Assembly (NCBI GenBank): GCA_002269645.1
Contig: NIVC01000837.1
Coordinates: 62,001-126,000 of the forward strand
DNA from: Macrostomum lignano
Lineage: Eukaryota
Reading direction: 5' to 3'
Length of the DNA stretch: 64,000 bases
Under the pieces are notes generated by a model. It had not been told where the DNA came from, made no database searches, and saw nothing but the letters and a program-made list of their open reading frames with translations. Below are positions 62,801 to 64,000 of this stretch, piece by piece (the first letter of the stretch is position 1; the number at the start of each line of letters is the position of its first letter). The position numbers and the translations under genes were made by a program.

Positions 62801-64000
62801 TGCCGGTTCTGATTCTCTGCCGGAGCCGTGTCAACAGCGAACACCTCCGAGTTCCTTCACGTAGCTCTTGCAAGGTCACCAGAGCCCCTTCAGTGACGAC
62901 CTCAGACTCCAGCTGGTGAATTAAATCATTCTGTGCATCTTGCTCGGCAAAGCTCAAACGTGACAAAGCATCAGCATCCGTCATCAGCCTCCCAGGCACG
63001 TACTCGACCACGTAATCGAAAGCCGACAGTCTCAAAGCCCAGCGCATTAGTCTTGCTGACACCGTTTTGGGAAGGTTTTTGCTCGGATTGAAAATATACT
63101 TTAGCGGCTCATGGTCGGTCTGGAGAGTAAATCTCTTGCCTAGCAGCATCTTGCGAGCTCTCTCCACTGCCCAAACAATTGCAAGGGCCTCTCTCTCAAT
63201 GTTCGAGTAATTTGCTTCAGACTTCGTCAGAGCACGTGACAGGTACATAACCGGATGACCTGACTGCACCAGAACAGCACCCAATGACTGCTCACTAGCA
63301 TCCACGCGGAGACAGACAGGAGAGCTGACATCAAATGGTTTCACGCACGGATTCGAACTTAGGCTCTGCTTCACACAGGCAAACGCGGCTTCGGCCACAG
63401 AACTCCACTCGAACACCCGGTCCGCCCGGCGAAGTTCCTGCAAAGGCCGGCACTTCTCAGCAAAATTGGGGACCAACCGACCGTAGAACTGGGCCAGTCC
63501 CAGAAACCGCTCGAGGTCCTTCTTGTTCTTTGGAGCTTCCACATCCTGAATCCGCTGAACCATGCCAGGATCTGGCTTGATCCCTTCCTCATCTATTATG
63601 TGGCCAAGAAACTTCAAACTGGGTGCTTCCATGATGCACTTTGCTTCATTGACTTTAACATTTGCCGCTCTCAGCTTGTCGAGTATTCCTGTGCGAATGT
63701 TCTCCAGCTCTGCCTTCGTCACCGCGCCCATGAGGACGTCATCTTGGTACACAATGACACCTGGATGTTCGCCTAGCAGCTTCTCCATCTCACGCTGGAA
63801 CACAGACGGAGAGACTTTGATGCCGTACGGCAGCCTATTGAAGCGATAACAGCCAAATGGAGTGTTGATGGTGGTGATGTCTTTAGACTCACTGTCCAGC
63901 GGTATTTGATAATAGGCATCAGAAAGGTCAAGACGGCAAAACAGCTTCTTGTTGGCCATCTTGGAAAACGCTGTCTCTATTGATGGAGTCAGGTATGTCT
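62724..64000 (-). CDS. Gypsy pol: reverse transcriptase and RNase H (open to the window edge)
   Basis: LDLSDAYYQI, YRFNRLPYG, YQDDVL, FLGHII, FLGLAQFY; RNase H DAS, EREALA, TDHEPL, ADALSR. Confidence 0.95.
   Translation of the reverse strand, partial: TYLTPSIETAFSKMANKKLFCRLDLSDAYYQIPLDSESKDITTINTPFGCYRFNRLPYGIKVSPSVFQREMEKLLGEHPGVIVYQDDVLMGAVTKAELENIRTGILDKLRAANVKVNEAKCIMEAPSLKFLGHIIDEEGIKPDPGMVQRIQDVEAPKNKKDLERFLGLAQFYGRLVPNFAEKCRPLQELRRADRVFEWSSVAEAAFACVKQSLSSNPCVKPFDVSSPVCLRVDASEQSLGAVLVQSGHPVMYLSRALTKSEANYSNIEREALAIVWAVERARKMLLGKRFTLQTDHEPLKYIFNPSKNLPKTVSARLMRWALRLSAFDYVVEYVPGRLMTDADALSRLSFAEQDAQNDLIHQLESEVVTEGALVTLQELREGTRRCSLLTRLRQRIRTGRWARCRRWRDRTRRVVRLCQSKMAW

Larger units (their letters stand above)
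61346..64000 (-). mobile_element. Ty3/Gypsy LTR retrotransposon (3' portion; 5' part lies beyond the window)
   Basis: pol order is RT-RNaseH-integrase. PPT-like GGGGAGCAG at 61618-61626 directly precedes a 3' LTR at 61617-61346 bounded by TGTTA...TAACA, with AATAAA at 61435-61430 on the minus strand. Confidence 0.93.

Overview
Eukaryotic (animal) genomic DNA. The style (GC-rich exons, poly-Q/poly-H coding runs, introns packed with private minisatellites) suggests a free-living flatworm such as Macrostomum, but this is inference. Four spliced genes can be rebuilt by hand with GT-AG junctions and continuous frames. (1) An RBCK1/HOIL-1L RBR E3 ligase on the minus strand (LTM-UBL-NZF-RING1-IBR-RING2, about 527 aa); its NZF-to-RING1 intron holds an in-frame 1.28-kb alternative terminal exon that would make an RBR-less, SHARPIN-like isoform. 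(2) An 8-exon SLC22 organic cation transporter (+, about 618 aa). (3) A class I bHLH E-protein (daughterless/TCF3-4-12; +, about 759 aa) with two 146-bp duplicated helix-loop-helix exons that can only be used mutually exclusively, like vertebrate E12/E47. (4) A 9-exon uncharacterised WW-like/coiled-coil/CAP-Gly-like protein (+, about 580 aa). There is also a candidate 89-aa single-pass membrane protein, a Ty3/Gypsy LTR retrotransposon (RT-RH-IN, PPT, 272-bp 3' LTR) running off the right edge, a hAT MITE, a MITE-like element with a central array, and about 40 tandem arrays. The arrays include a ~2-kb foldback made of two inverted copies of one 16-mer array and an E-box/DR5 array just after the E-protein stop codon. 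No rRNA, tRNA or CRISPR array was recognised. Most long ORFs in the supplied track are artefacts of tandem repeats.
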